A stretch of 57,427 nt of DNA, filler included, from Basidiobolus ranarum (Eukaryota), in the NCBI GenBank assembly GCA_040143965.1. It is 5 parts of 5 records of this genome, joined end to end, with 100 filler letters (N's around TTAATTAATTAA, not from the genome) between each part and the next. Parts side by side here need not be neighbours in the genome. Positions count along the whole stretch, not along the records: positions 34,547 to 45,941 come from JASJQH010007492.1; positions 46,042 to 57,427 come from JASJQH010007493.1; 3 more parts are not named here. The stretch is one strand, 5' to 3'. Made by a program: the position numbers and the translations under genes. Positions 35,467-48,912 of this stretch are shown piece after piece. The first letter of the stretch is position 1. Each line of letters opens with the position of its first letter. The notes beneath the pieces are model-generated. The model searched no databases, was not told the DNA's origin, and saw nothing but the letters and a program-made list of their open reading frames with translations.

Positions 35467-36360
35467 TTATACGCGCTTATCAAATATCTTTCTGAACACA
35501 GTATCAAAGGTCTCTGGCTTGATTTCGGGGAACTTGTCGTTGGCAACTGAAGAAAACTGAAACTGGCCCTCAGCGATAGCAGCATAAATATAGAACAGAA
35601 AATCCAAGCCAGGTTGAGGTGGATTGAAGATTAGCTTCTTAAGTTCATCCACTGGCTGGTACTCTCGTTCTACTTTCTTGCCACTATATTTCTCAAACAG
35701 GTCAGCTACTTCATTAAAAGACTTGAAATCACCTCGGAATTTTAGTTCAGCATTTCTGCTAATCGGATCAGCAAGAGATGCTACAAGGAATTTGGCAGTG
35801 TCCACTACAGTGCTCCACTCTAACTTAGCTTCGCCATCACCCGGGATAGAAAACTTGACGTTGTCTGGGTTCTGACCCTGAAGGAATGGGGCCCAGGGCT
35901 GAGGTGCGAAATCAATAAAGTAACCATTGTGGATGACTGTGTACTCCAAGCCAGAATCCGCGATTGCCTTTTTTATTGAGCGCTTAGTTTCAATTACCGG
36001 GTGAACAAATGGCTTGTCACGACCATCGATGTTAAGAGAATACTCGTATCCAAAATCAGATGGGACAAATCGACGTACGCCGGCTTCCTTGGCGGCTAGG
36101 ATGATTTGAGCCTGCTTCTGTAGCCCCTCTCCAGCGAAGGCACTAATGACGACGTCGAATCCTTTTAAAGCTTTGACGAGAGAGTCGTGATTTTCCAAAT
36201 CACCTTCAACAATATTGACACCGTTGACAGTAATTTTCTTACCACCAATCCTGGAAAAGGCGGATGACTTGAAGTTGCTCGATTTGAGTAGCTCCTTCAA
36301 TATAGTGTGGCCCACAAAGCCGGAAGCACCAAATACGATAACATTTTGTACACCGCTCAT
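35467..36360 (-). CDS. NmrA-like / isoflavone-reductase-like NAD(P)-binding oxidoreductase
   Basis: VIVFGASGFVG Rossmann motif, AAKEAGVRRFVPSDFG, and SGLEYTVIHNGYF. TATAAATA lies at 36422-36429 (minus strand). Confidence 0.92.
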   Translation of the reverse strand: MSGVQNVIVFGASGFVGHTILKELLKSSNFKSSAFSRIGGKKITVNGVNIVEGDLENHDSLVKALKGFDVVISAFAGEGLQKQAQIILAAKEAGVRRFVPSDFGYEYSLNIDGRDKPFVHPVIETKRSIKKAIADSGLEYTVIHNGYFIDFAPQPWAPFLQGQNPDNVKFSIPGDGEAKLEWSTVVDTAKFLVASLADPISRNAELKFRGDFKSFNEVADLFEKYSGKKVEREYQPVDELKKLIFNPPQPGLDFLFYIYAAIAEGQFQFSSVANDKFPEIKPETFDTVFRKIFDKRV

Positions 36361-37214
36361 AGTTTCCTAAAAATTTGCAATTAGACACGAAATATATTGC
36401 TCTAAGCGAGAGAGCAATGAATATTTATATTAGCATCAGATAAGCACTAGACAAGAAATTGGGATGACTAAACTCGTTTAAGGCAATTTTTCCGAATTCC
36501 CCATGATTGAGGTTTAATTGTGTGATCAAAGTCAAGTGTCATTCTGCTTAGAAATGAGAAATATTTCAATGTTTATCTAGGATCACGTAAGGAAACTTTG
36601 AAATTTCGCGAGGCTGAGAAAGGATTAATAATAGCTGATTCCTGACCTATAGCCTTTGATCAACTTGAAGTTACTATTGCGAGATCTCTTGAGAAATTAT
36701 CATTCATAGTACCATTATAAGTAGCGCAAGTATTGATGCAAGTAGGGCCCCTGAGTGTTTACGAAAACATCAACTGATCAAGAGATATTATTCCACCAGA
36801 CCTGGTATTCTTGGCATCATGTCTATATCATGGAAATCGTCTTTATACCAATTGTGAACCAAGAACTTCAGTATAGCTTCAGACTAGTAACCACCTCCAC
36901 ACAATGCTCAGTTTTATGAGGCATATATAGGATTTCTAAAGAAGTACCAATATAATACTATAAAAAGAGATATAGTATCTTTGATGCCAAATATCTCATG
37001 ACTGAGAAGAGCCTAAATAACATAAAATGCATGATATGCTATCCGATACATTGTATTCATGATGTTTTACGGATATATATATATATATATATGGTGAATG
37101 CTTGTGCTCCCTTAGTGAGCCAAATACATGGTCAAATTTAAAGCTCTTGCAATACTCCAGATGAGATGGAATTCCGGCCATTGAGTTTAATCGCGTTTAT
37201 TATTGAGTACTCGC

Positions 37215-38940
37215 AACTAGTTACTATATTAGTAGACTCTTGTTGGGCCAGATAGTACCATATATATAATGATGGATAAAGTATTTTGTAACTTTGTGCA
37301 GCTTAAGTTGACAATATCTGATTAAGCATGAGCAGCTTCAGTTGTACTCATTATGTTGAAGCAAGGTTTGATGACATATGGACTGACAGATATATATTTT
37401 TATGAAAACAAAGTAAAAGTTACAAGCCACCACCAACACCACATAAATACATACTCAGAACTTACTGGCTGAGCATCCTATGACTTGAGCTTTGCTGTTT
37501 GTTTACAAAAAAACTTTGGCACAATCACAATACATCCAGCCTCAAATTGTCATGTGGCCAAATATTGGCCAATGAAGCTTCAATAGAATCAGAAATGGTA
37601 GTATATTAACATTGGTTGTTAAATAAAATGCAGAAAGACATCAGAACCATTGCTCAACTATATGGAATGATTAGTAGAGATGGTAAATAATGAAGAAGCA
37701 ACAAAGTGATAATCATAATCCTAAACCAATGTTCTAAATGGTTTTAGCTTTGTATCATATTTACCAGTGCTCATAACTGATTTTCTTTTTTTGCATGCAT
37801 TCATCCGGTGGCAATATCTCTACATTGGCTTCACAATAAGGCTTGCTACTTTCACATAGGCCTATTGATTTATCAGGTAAAATTTTTTTGATATTAGGAA
37901 AGGACTCTATTACTTATTACAATATCAATTCGATGTGAGCTCAGTGCTATCAATGAAGTGGTTTCAAACTCCCATTTTCTGAAATAGATCTTTGCCAGGA
38001 ACAATTTTATTGCTCTGATTATTATTGCACAGAGTTATTCAAGACTTAAACATGGCTGAGCTTATATCAAAGTGCTAAGAAATGAGTAACATTCCTACAT
38101 ATTTTGACAATTCTGTCCATTGCTCAAAGCTTCTGGAGCTCTCTTCCCTGCAAAAAGAGCTCTATATCAGTACTTCACTGGCCCTCTTCTCACAGGGGAT
38201 CACATGATGATAGAAAGTATATTTAGTATATGTTGAAGTAAGCATAGCTTAGGCATCTATAGAGTCACATATAGCTTTGTTTGACAATTAATCTTTACTC
38301 AACATATTAGCTAACTTTAATTATGATACTGATATATCAGTTGCCTCTAATATATAAAGTCTACCCTCCTTATGTCAAGATCCTCCACCAAGCTTAATAT
38401 TTAGTCAATTCTTATTTCAAAAAGACATCCCTCACCATTCTAAAATTGGAAATTACTCATGATTCATTTCCTACTTATATATAAGGATTTTCAAGCTAAT
38501 TCCAGAGGCACCAAACCTTGCACACATATACTGAGACTCTTCCTCAGTATTTGCTTACTGCTAGACAAAACTCTAAATGCTAATATTCTAATCCATAAAT
38601 TAATGGGTAAAAATGTAGATTCTTCAAGTTCCCCAAATTGCTTTAAACAAACTCTCCAAATTCTTTAACAATAAGTGGATAGAGTTTTTAGCAGTATAAG
38701 CTATATCTAGCATCCAGATTCTACTTTATGAAGCCTAGTTATGATGATCCAGATAGCATATATATAGTTATAAATTAGTGCAAAGATATGGCTTGCTTGT
38801 CAGCATTTTCTGTAGCATGGTACTTGATATCACTTTTGAAACACTGGAAACTAAATAGAATAGTTTGGCCATTGGGATATGTATGAAACCTAGCTCCTAG
38901 CTATTCTGAAGTGTTGTAAACTATAACAATGGAGAGTTAG
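37215..38940. mobile_element. Unclassified degenerate repeat relic (CpG-depleted)
   Basis: About 1.7 kb with only 2 CpG by eye and no intact ORF, matching the composition of the copia relic. Family not recognisable. Confidence 0.45.
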
Positions 38941-40856
38941 TTTGGTACGCAGCTAGGATCAATATTCTGCAGATGTTGTACCGTTAGCTTTATTTATACT
39001 CTGTAAGCCATGCATCAGCTAAAGTCTTGTTAGGTATAGACTATTAGTTATGATTCTTTTGACACAGGTACACATACTTCTTGGAAGATGCCCATAGCAG
39101 CAAATTCTAATGATAATAATCCTATGATAGGTTATATGATCTTACAGAAAGGATAAGAGAATACAGAGTTAGTCTTTTGACAGATCACAGTACGGAGTCC
39201 TTGGATGTGGTCAAGTGCTTGTTAGCCATTGTGAGTAGCAAAACTGTTGTCAGTTTTAGTGTGGATCAATGTACTAAGTTGCAATAATCATATTTTGACA
39301 CTAACATTCATGTCTAAATCATCGAGAGAGATTTGTTTGGCGCAAATGAATACTAATTCGATAAACATACAACCAAAATGGTTGAAGCAGTAACATCAAA
39401 ATTGCAACCGTATGGAACATAGCATTTAGAGAAATTTTCAACAATGCATAGGTTTATTGTAAAAAAACATCAAGCTGAAAACTGATGCACTAAATATAAT
39501 ACAGACAAGTGTACATAAAAACAGAGCTATTGGTGAAACTACCTTCATGATGTCAAAGACTGAGATTTAGACTTTGATTGAGCTATGCAACAAATATCTG
39601 GTCGAATAATGAAGACAATGCAGAGATATTCACAATTAAATATTATGTGCAAACAATGAGTCAGTTGTGAGCAATGGTGTACATGTATGCTGACTATACA
39701 GGGTCTAGTAGTGTGCAAAGTGAGATTTCCTTCCTTTACACAGTTGGGCCTGTCCGGATTAAAAGACCTTACTCTGTTCCTACCCAAATCTTCTATTAAA
39801 CAATGTAAGGCATTATTTGCCGTTTGCCTGAAGTAACAATGTTGATGTAAACTGCGCTTCAACTATATACCTATGCCTCCAAATTAAATATATTCCACAC
39901 CTTTTAGAAGCCCAGTCAAATATTTGTGCTTCTTTCTTAGCCTAAGCAATGGGAACGAGTAAAGTATCAACACTCCACTTGTTCTAATTATACCTAGAGT
40001 ATGTCACTTTCAATCATAGGCTTTACAACTTCATAGCAGTTCTTTAACCAGTCTGGCCTATAGCAAGGCCTTAATTGCAACATGCTTTCATTCTGAGTTC
40101 ATGAAGGTAGCTTGTTCAATTTTTCCAAACCAATGTGAAACTCAGTAAAACTGGTAGTCATAGAAGTGCATTAGTCCAGAAGCGTTGCATCGCCCACTTG
40201 ATCTAATTTATAGTGTTGGGATGTTACAAGTGACAAAGGGTTACGGCGAAAGTAATAGCTCAGAATTACAAAGAGCAAGAATAGTAACTACGTCGCTATT
40301 TGTGCAAGATCTCTATTTATATGAACCTAAACATCGGAGACAACCGATAAACAATCTTTTTGTTTGATCTTTTCATAGTTATTAGAGCAACGTTAATTTT
40401 ATGCATAGGACTAAGTAACTAAAGAGATCACCATGTTGTGAATGAAAAATTGCATGGCGCAGTCAATTTCTCTATTTTACCATGAGCCATAAGATCTTTT
40501 GATGAATTCAACGATTTCAAGCTCCCTGCAGGTTACGAATGCAAATGCAGAGATAAACCTGTTCGCTCGAAAGCTAATAAGACTGTTAATCATTCAACAA
40601 TGTTCGCTAACTATGATATATTGAGAAATGACCGCAGCAACAGGGGTTGATTTCTCAGTAACCATAATACACAATAGCCAATCATACGAGGATTGTGGCT
40701 TGGTAGGAGAGACATATTGACGGTCTTAACAAGTAGGGTGACTGTGATACTAGGGTTTATTGCCGGTACTAAAGGGTATATAAATATTGAGTTGAGCTTA
40801 CATTCGTTATTCATTCACTCAACACCCCCTTCAGTAAAGTCGCCAAGCTGTTCTCA

Positions 40857-43355
40857 ATGACACAATCGCTGCTAAAGGATTTATATTTCGCTTTCTCGGG
40901 AACATTCATCAACTATTCTCATGCTAAGCTCATTGAATTTGTTAAATCTCATGATGGTGCCGCTTTGTCCAGGATTGCTGCCAGTACCACTCACCTAGTA
41001 GTGACTACCCAGGACTTCTGTAAACCTTCTCCCAAGGTCTCCCAAGCACTCAAAAAGGGGAATATCAAGCTTGTAACGTTAGACTGGCTCATGGATTCTA
41101 TTTCCGAGGGGAAACAGCTGGACGAAGATCACTACTTTCCCAAATACCAGGATGGAGTAACATTGCCTCATCAAATCATCTGCACTGTATCATCGTCAGT
41201 GACCGACTGTCTCAACCCATCGAACTTGAAAAGGGGATTAGCATCTGACGAGGAGAAAGAAGATGTGTTGGATAAGAATTCACTTAGTGCAGATTGTATC
41301 AAAAGAGAAGATGAAGAGAGCCCCAGAAAGAAGGCTAAAAAAGACCCTTGTGTTCCCACTGATCCATTTGTCGGGTATGTAGAATTTGATCAGTGATTTA
41401 TTGAATCAACTTATCTAAGATATATATCCAGTATGTCAAATAGCACGGCGAAAGTTTACATTGATGATGAAGGGACTGTTTGGGACGTTGCTCTCAACCA
41501 AACAAACATTGGCCACAATAACAATAAGTTCTATTTCATTCAACTTATCCAACATGTCCAGAAACCAGAGAGGTTCGCATGCTTCACGAGGTGGGGGAGA
41601 GTAGGGGACAACGGCGATTTCAGAATGACCGCTTGGCTAGATTTCGAAAAGTAAGTTCAGAAAAGCTACGAGCATGAGATTCTGATTTCCTCTCGTACAT
41701 AAACCATTGAACTATCGAAATATTCACAATTTCCCTGGTATACAGAGCCAAAAAGGCGTTCGAGTCCAAATTCAAAAGTAAAACGAAGAACAATTGGGCA
41801 GATCGTGGAGACTTTCAAACGTTCCCAGGGAAATATACCTTGTTAGAGCGAGATTATGGCGAGGAAGAAGAGGAAGTTGAACAAAAGTCCAATGTTAAAG
41901 AGGAGGAAATTATTCCCGATAGTAATTTGGACCTAAGAGTACAAAACCTGATGGAGATGATATTTGACCGTGAGGTACGATAAGCTCTTAATGATGTGGA
42001 TGGAGCTGAATTCATCTACAGCTACTCTATACAGTTAAGGAAGCTTAATAATCTCGTATTGTATCTCGATAATGTGATATAGATGATGGAACAGCAACTA
42101 CGATCGCTCAACTTTAATCCCGACAAGATGCCACTGGGTAAATTGAAGAAGTCTACCATCACTGATGGATACAATGCCCTGAAAGAGATTGCCGAAGTTC
42201 TAGCACTAGAAAATGGTGCTACGTTACACCGGAAAGAGATCGAGCACTTGAGTAATAAATTCTACACCGTTGTCCCGTAAGTGGAGTGCTTGGTTCATCT
42301 GATTACTTAATGCTAACTCCATTCTAGACACGATTTTGGCAGATCTATTCCACCTCTCATTAATTCACATAGTCTCTTAAAGCAGAAGCTTGAGCTTGTT
42401 GAATCACTTTCCGAAATCCAGGTGGCCGAGTCTCTGTGGAGTTCGTGCAAAGCTCCTCGCGATGCAGATGGAAATATATTCAATCCTATTGATGCTCACT
42501 TCAATTCACTAAAACTTAACCATCTTACTCCAGTGGAGCACCACACTGAAGAGTTCAAACTGATTAACAACTATGTTAAAAATACACATGGAGAGACCCA
42601 TAGTGGGTATACTCTAGAGGTTTTGGAGGCTTTCCAATTGGAAAGATCCACAGAGCCTGAGAGATGGCTTGAGGGAGGTTGTGACAAGATAGGTAATAGA
42701 AAACTTCTTTGGCATGGCTCTAGGTTATCAAACTTTGTCGGTATCCTGAGTCAAGGCCTGAGAATAGCGCCACCAGAAGCTCCAGTAACCGTAAGTATTA
42801 TTTTCACTTTTCATTGATTATACCTACTTTTTCTCATGTAGGCTTATGAATTATACGGCTGCATATCTTCTAACACATACTTACTCAAAGGGCTACATGT
42901 TTGGAAAAGGTGTTTACTTTGCTGATTGCGTCTCCAAATCTGCAAATTATTGCTTTGCTGATTATGGACGCAGTGAAGTACTGATGCTTTTATGTGAAGT
43001 TGCCCTTGGAGACGTATTGCCTTTATATAGTGCAGCGTATGACGCAGGAGCACAAGTTAAAAAAGCAAAGAAGAATTCCACCCTTGGTGTCGGACGAATG
43101 GAGCCAAATCCAAATGGAGCCGTTACCATGGAAGATGGTGTTCAAGTGCCATGTGGCAAGGTTGAAGAAAAACAAGACCAGGCAGTTTTAGACCAAGTAG
43201 AGTTGCATTATAATGAGGTACTGAATATCAATATTTACTCAGCATCTGATTGCTTCATCGATTAACCTGTGACTTTCTATTGTTAGTATATTGTGTATAA
43301 TACTGCCCAGATCAAGTTTCGGTACTTGCTAAGAATGCGTTTTGATTATATATAA
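40857..43355 (+). CDS. Poly(ADP-ribose) polymerase (BRCT-WGR-regulatory-catalytic), about six introns
   Basis: BRCT (FAFSG..THLVV..VTLDWLMDS), WGR (LNQTNIGHNNNKFY..RWGRVG), regulatory (KMPLGKL..LSNKFYTVVPHDFG), and catalytic LLWHGS, GYMFGKGVYFAD, LHYNE|YIVY with an intact H-Y-E triad. TATAAATA lies at 40779. Confidence 0.95.
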
Positions 43356-45941
43356 CTCTTAAGAACCGCAGGAATCGGCTCAAAATTAGCTCACTATTTT
43401 ATACTATCAGATTTTAACTTGAATTTTTACACATAGTTCATTAAATTTGCAATAGCATCCACAAATATTTTGGGTTAGGGGGGATAAACCGTGCAAAATT
43501 AGTGTAGGATGATTGTACCAATATGAATAAAGTACCAAACAGAAACTTTAACTTGAACATTCCATATACATACCAAGTTGCATGCAGAATGAAAATTGAA
43601 TTATGCCTCAGCTTTAATTGCTTCAAGGTCAAATCGATCCATATCCAAATTATTAGCAAATTAGTAAGCAAGATTCTTCTGCTTCCAAGTACATATTGCC
43701 TGAGGATTAGTGTTATGGATCTTGTTGAACCAAAAGTTACCATTAACTCAAGCAGGAGATATTTCCTTCACTTTGAATTCATAATGAAGAATGATTGTTG
43801 GTTTTAAAAATTTGTGTTTATCAGGCGATTCAGTGTAAATTACGCTCTCATCACGATATCCAAATCATTGTTAAGCTAAGGCATTCCATTTGCACTGGAA
43901 TGTACCAAAGAAGAGTTTATGAGGTGATTCTTCTATACTTCAGAAGAGTGCTTATAATAGTACTTTTAGAGCTAGTATGGAATAAAGAGTCAAATATAAT
44001 ACCATTGCGAGCAACTGTACACAAAACCTCAGATGGGAGATATTTAAAGTTGAACATTAAGAAATCAATACTCTTCTCCAGAAATATCCACATTAGCAGC
44101 CACATATGTCTATATTTCATTCCGTATAAAATCAAATCACTAACTAATATTGGGGTAAACCATTCAGTTATATACGCTAATTGAAGGAAATTCAACGTGG
44201 CTAAACATCTCGTAGTATGAATCTCTGACAGAGAAACTTTCTTCGATATTTTGAATACATAACAGACTAGGTAGAAGAGTAGTGAGAACTTTATCAAAAT
44301 ACTGCTTTAAAGACATGTACAAAACTTGCAATAACAACTGGTAGCATATTTACATACCAAAATTCACATAAACAATCACTTCCTATAATTTTCCTTTATT
44401 CATAATCAACTTGCTGCGAGATCAGATGATGGCACAAACAACTAGGTGACCCTGAAAGATCCAAATCCAGGGTTTCTCTACCCCATGAGTCCATTATGAT
44501 TGCAAAAGCTACTGCATTTTGGAGAGCAGTCTGATATTGGAGATGTTAAATAAAGGTAAATGATCGCATACAGTACTACGAAGTAGAAGGTGATCTTTAT
44601 ATAGGAATATTGCCTCTTCAACTGATATTGACACTAGTAATATAATACACTTGATTTAGTAGATGCTACTTCCAGAATTGATGTCAATGCAATTTACCTC
44701 TATTATCATATAAGCAGTAGCATCCCGGTTAATATTTATTCTCTATAAATAGCTTCAGGGTTACGAGCCAAGAGAATTGGAGGCGGAGAAAGATGCTCTT
44801 TTGCAGCCTGAGTTGGTTAGAATTAACCTGTCTGAGTAATCCAGATAAACCAGAGTTTAATTTGATGTAGGTTGACTAATTTGTTTGCAGCAATGCTAGT
44901 CATTTACACAGATGCTTTACTTTTGTGATGAGTTACAGGGTGGTAGTCAATGGTACTATCACAAACATGTGGATAGAAATCCAAATTTTATCAAACAGTC
45001 CTTTATTCAGAATTAATTGCTGCTACATCAAATAGTGGCCCCAATAACACTCCATTGGCTGATGCGGAAAGGTTCGAAGATTAAATTCCTTGCTGCATGA
45101 AGTTATATGATTACATCATGTGAACAATTTCCATCCACAATCAGGTGAGGAGGGAACTTTGAGTCGGATACATCAGTGGAGAGCCTTCTTCGGGATCCCA
45201 GCAAGTCAAAAACTGGAAAATGGAGATGTTGGATAATGGCTCCAGTGTGTAGTGGATGATTGTATGCTGAACTACTGATCGAAAGACAACTTTTATAAGG
45301 TATTTTTGGCTGATAGCTACAGCAAGAATACATCCACATTGGGCTTGAGCCCAAGGTAGAAAGCAGTTGGTCTCATCTCAACTCTACAAAAAGTTGCTAA
45401 CAACTTTGTGAACCAGCGTGTCGTTGTGACACAATTGGGGTCAATATAATGGAACTGGATCATTGTCTAAATCGGGTTAGTTGTATAGTCCGTCTATATT
45501 CCCCATCAACACTCAGAAGCTTATACTTTCTCAATCGCATATGTGTTGGAACTAGCAGCAAGAATATCAGGTGTTACGAACATGACATTCTATACAAGTG
45601 ATAGTAATAGCGAATAATTACAATATGTTCACTTCAAAATATGCATAAACTTTATCAAGTATTTCTTTATTCAGAACAGGATTCCTGCTACACCGCTTAA
45701 TGACCTATGCTCAAGTAGCTGAGGAAGAAAGATCCAGAAGTAGCGCAGCTCCATGTCGACTGCAGAATGTATAGCATTTCCATTGACAGCAAGCTGAATC
45801 GAGAGTCTTCAGTTGGAGAGCTTTTCTTGAAGAGCCAGGAGCCCTAAATTCTGGTGATGGAGATACTTGAGGAGCGTAGTGGATGTTTGTATAATCCTTC
45901 ACCGAGTAGAAGGTGGCCTTTATATATGAATTGAGATTACT

Positions 45942-46041
45942 NNNNNNNNNNNNNNNNNNNNNNNNNNNNNNNNNNNNNNNNNNNNTTAATTAATTAANNN
46001 NNNNNNNNNNNNNNNNNNNNNNNNNNNNNNNNNNNNNNNNN
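45942..46041. other. Artificial contig linker
   Basis: N run containing TTAATTAATTAA. Confidence 0.97.
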
Positions 46042-46741
46042 CCAGTTTGCATACCGTGCGCTACAGTAGCAATAATGTTTGAAAAGCTTAAGTGAATCGA
46101 AGATTTTCTCAATCATAAACTATCGGCACACAAGTATATTGTGACTGGTGCCAAATTTTGTGTGAGATCTTAGCAATAGTCTATTCCATATTACACTATC
46201 CCACAATGCCAACTGCATATGTTCAGATTGATTTTAAACCTGCTAAGATACATGAGAGTCATAGAACATTCACTAGGCAAGAGATGGATGGAACGAGAGA
46301 AAAGCAAAATACCCCAATAGAGTAAGCTTTAATGGCCAAAGTTATTTGTAAGCGCTGCACTTACTCTAGTTTGAATATAGTGGAGCAATTTTTACTTGAA
46401 ATACGTACAAGCCTCTACTATTACTGCCACCGCTTTACATGGCTGACGGGAATATATTCATGTCCGCTGATCTGATCTATACGTTCTTTCTCTCGAGGAT
46501 GGGCTCAACCTGAATCGAATCATGATATAATGTGGTCATGTGTGGCGTCCCTGTGCTGGTAAAATGCACATAAGATGTTGGCCTGGTTGTTTGTATTCCC
46601 GACTTAATTCCCGATCTAATATGCGTTATGTTGTGCTAGGATTAACATGTATAAAGACTAGAGTCATCTATCTCTTTACCACCATATCACTGATCAATTT
46701 GGCAGTTATTTTCTATTTGTGTTTCACGTTGTTTAAAAATT

Positions 46742-47155
46742 ATGCGCATCTCCACACTTGTCTTCTTCAATTTGATGCTAGTAGTGGCATCTCAAGAGAC
46801 TCCCACTGAATCCGAGTTCTCCATTCTAACAATAGATGATACGGCTACTCCCTTCGGCTCTGATACCATCTCTTCTCGCTCTATGCCTACTTCTACCTAT
46901 CCCAATTCCGAAGTGAACGTAGACAAGTCAGCTACTTCCACTGATAGGATTAGCTCCTCACCCAGTGTGAACACCATCACCTCATTTGCTGGCACTAGTC
47001 AACCCTCTATACCTATGCTATCCGCTACGAAATCTAGTGTCGGCAATGGGATAGGTACAACAACCTCAACACCGAATAAGAGTGGTATGGAGTTACTAAA
47101 AGTGACACTGTATGCTCCTATTATATGTGTATTGTTGGCTATAATAGTGGCATAG
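46742..47155 (+). CDS. Small secreted Ser/Thr-rich, probably GPI-anchored protein
   Basis: Signal peptide, S/T-rich body, and a C-terminal SG followed by a hydrophobic tail. Confidence 0.75.
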   Translation: MRISTLVFFNLMLVVASQETPTESEFSILTIDDTATPFGSDTISSRSMPTSTYPNSEVNVDKSATSTDRISSSPSVNTITSFAGTSQPSIPMLSATKSSVGNGIGTTTSTPNKSGMELLKVTLYAPIICVLLAIIVA

Positions 47156-47352
47156 TATGTATCAGATATTGCTATAGGCCTTATGGTATATCATTAATAT
47201 GTTCAGAATGCATATAGACCATACGTGGATTGATGTTTTTTGTCGATAATATACAGTATAGAATCTCCAATAATCTAAATAAAGTCTCTAATAACTAATA
47301 AAGCATTTATTATGTATTATGGCCATTCAATTTTGTATAAGTAAGGGGTAAA

Positions 47353-48912
47353 TTAGCTAGACTCAGGTAAGGACATGTCTATGTCGACTGCTTCTAGTAC
47401 ACTTCTCCTTAACTCGTTGATTCCTCTCTTCTTCCGGGAACTAACGCTGATGAGCTCGGGTAGACACGCACGAGTTTTGATTTTGTTCAAAAGATAACTT
47501 TCCACCTGACGTTTGGTATTGGTAATCTCAACTTGTTTGGCTTTATCTTGTTTAGTGAGGACAATCTAGCCAAGATTTTGAGTATATAGTTAGAGACATG
47601 AGCGAAATGTTGCAGCTATCTAATTTAGCATACCTGGTATGGAACAGATAGCTTCTCCAGAACTCCAATCAGCTCTTTGTCGCTGCCTTTCAGGCTATGT
47701 TCACAGTTAACTAGAAGAAAAACTCTACGCAACCTTGTGAATTTAGAAGTAGTTTAGTATGATGTCGGTAGTGAGAAAATGCGTCTGCCTAACATACAAA
47801 TTGCGATTCTTGAAATAGTTCCATATCATAAATCGCCAGTCATTACGGCATCCATGCCCATACCCAGGCATATCGGTAAGGACCAATCTATCGCTGACTT
47901 TGAAAAGATTCAAGAGTTTTGTGTGACCCTGATGTATAGGATAGAACATGAACAATTGAATAATGGCTATCAATGATTGTATCGAAGCTTACCGGCTTGC
48001 TAGATGTTTTGACAAGCTTGTTACGGTTCACTAAAGCATTAATCAAAGAGGATTTCTACCGAATTGGAGGTCAGAGTTAGAAAAACAATGATAAAACGAG
48101 TGAAATATCAACATTCTTACCCCAACATTACTTCTTCCTATGAAAGCCACCTCTGGAAGCTCAATATTTTGAAGTTGATTGATTTTGGTGGCTGATTGAA
48201 TGAAAGTAGCAGGCTTTCGGAATACACTTTCAAGATATGCTTGCTCTACTTCTGACACCTCTTTCACCGGATTAAAGGCTTTCACAAGGCTTGCTTGATT
48301 TTCGACCGAATGTTTTTGAGGTAAATCTTTAGCTAGCTGAGCAAAAGATACACCATAACCGTTTCTACGAGTATCTTTAGCTACTTTTTGGGGGGTTGTA
48401 GAGGTTTGTGATGCTGTGGTATTATGTCTATTTGGTTGTGAAGCATTATTTGGTCTAGACTTGCTAGTTCTAGAAACAGGCTTTGAAAAGGAGGTTCGGG
48501 GACCAACTTTGCGAGGGCCCTTCACGCTTTTCTGGCCGCTACTTTTAGTGGGTTGTGAATATTCTTTAGACAGGGGTTTATCGGTTCTAGCGGTGGACTT
48601 TGAAGTAGAAGGTCGATATTTATCCTTATGAGTATCTTGAGTAATTCTTGGAATGCTCCGTCCATTGGTTTGTAGAAAACTTTTTGGTGGAGTTATACTA
48701 CGTTTGGAAGAAAATTGGTTTGGTTTGGCCTTACTGCTTATCAATTGTTTAGACTTTACTCTTGGAAGGGATTTACTTCTTCCCGCGTTGATAGAGACTC
48801 GTCTGCCAATGTTTTTGGCAACCTCTATGTGAAACTGTCGAAAGCATGGCAAACTTATGGTTTGTTTTATACACACACTTCTAGTAATATAGTTTGAATA
48901 GAGTTGAAACAT
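47353..48912 (-). CDS. Mitochondrial EngB/YihA (Mrx8/GTPBP8-like) GTPase, four introns
   Basis: Spliced motifs: LPEVAFIGRSNVG|KSSLINAL (G1), TSSKP|GHT (G2), DMPGYG (G3), IVLTKQDK (G4), SVSSRKKRGI (G5). Confidence 0.9.
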
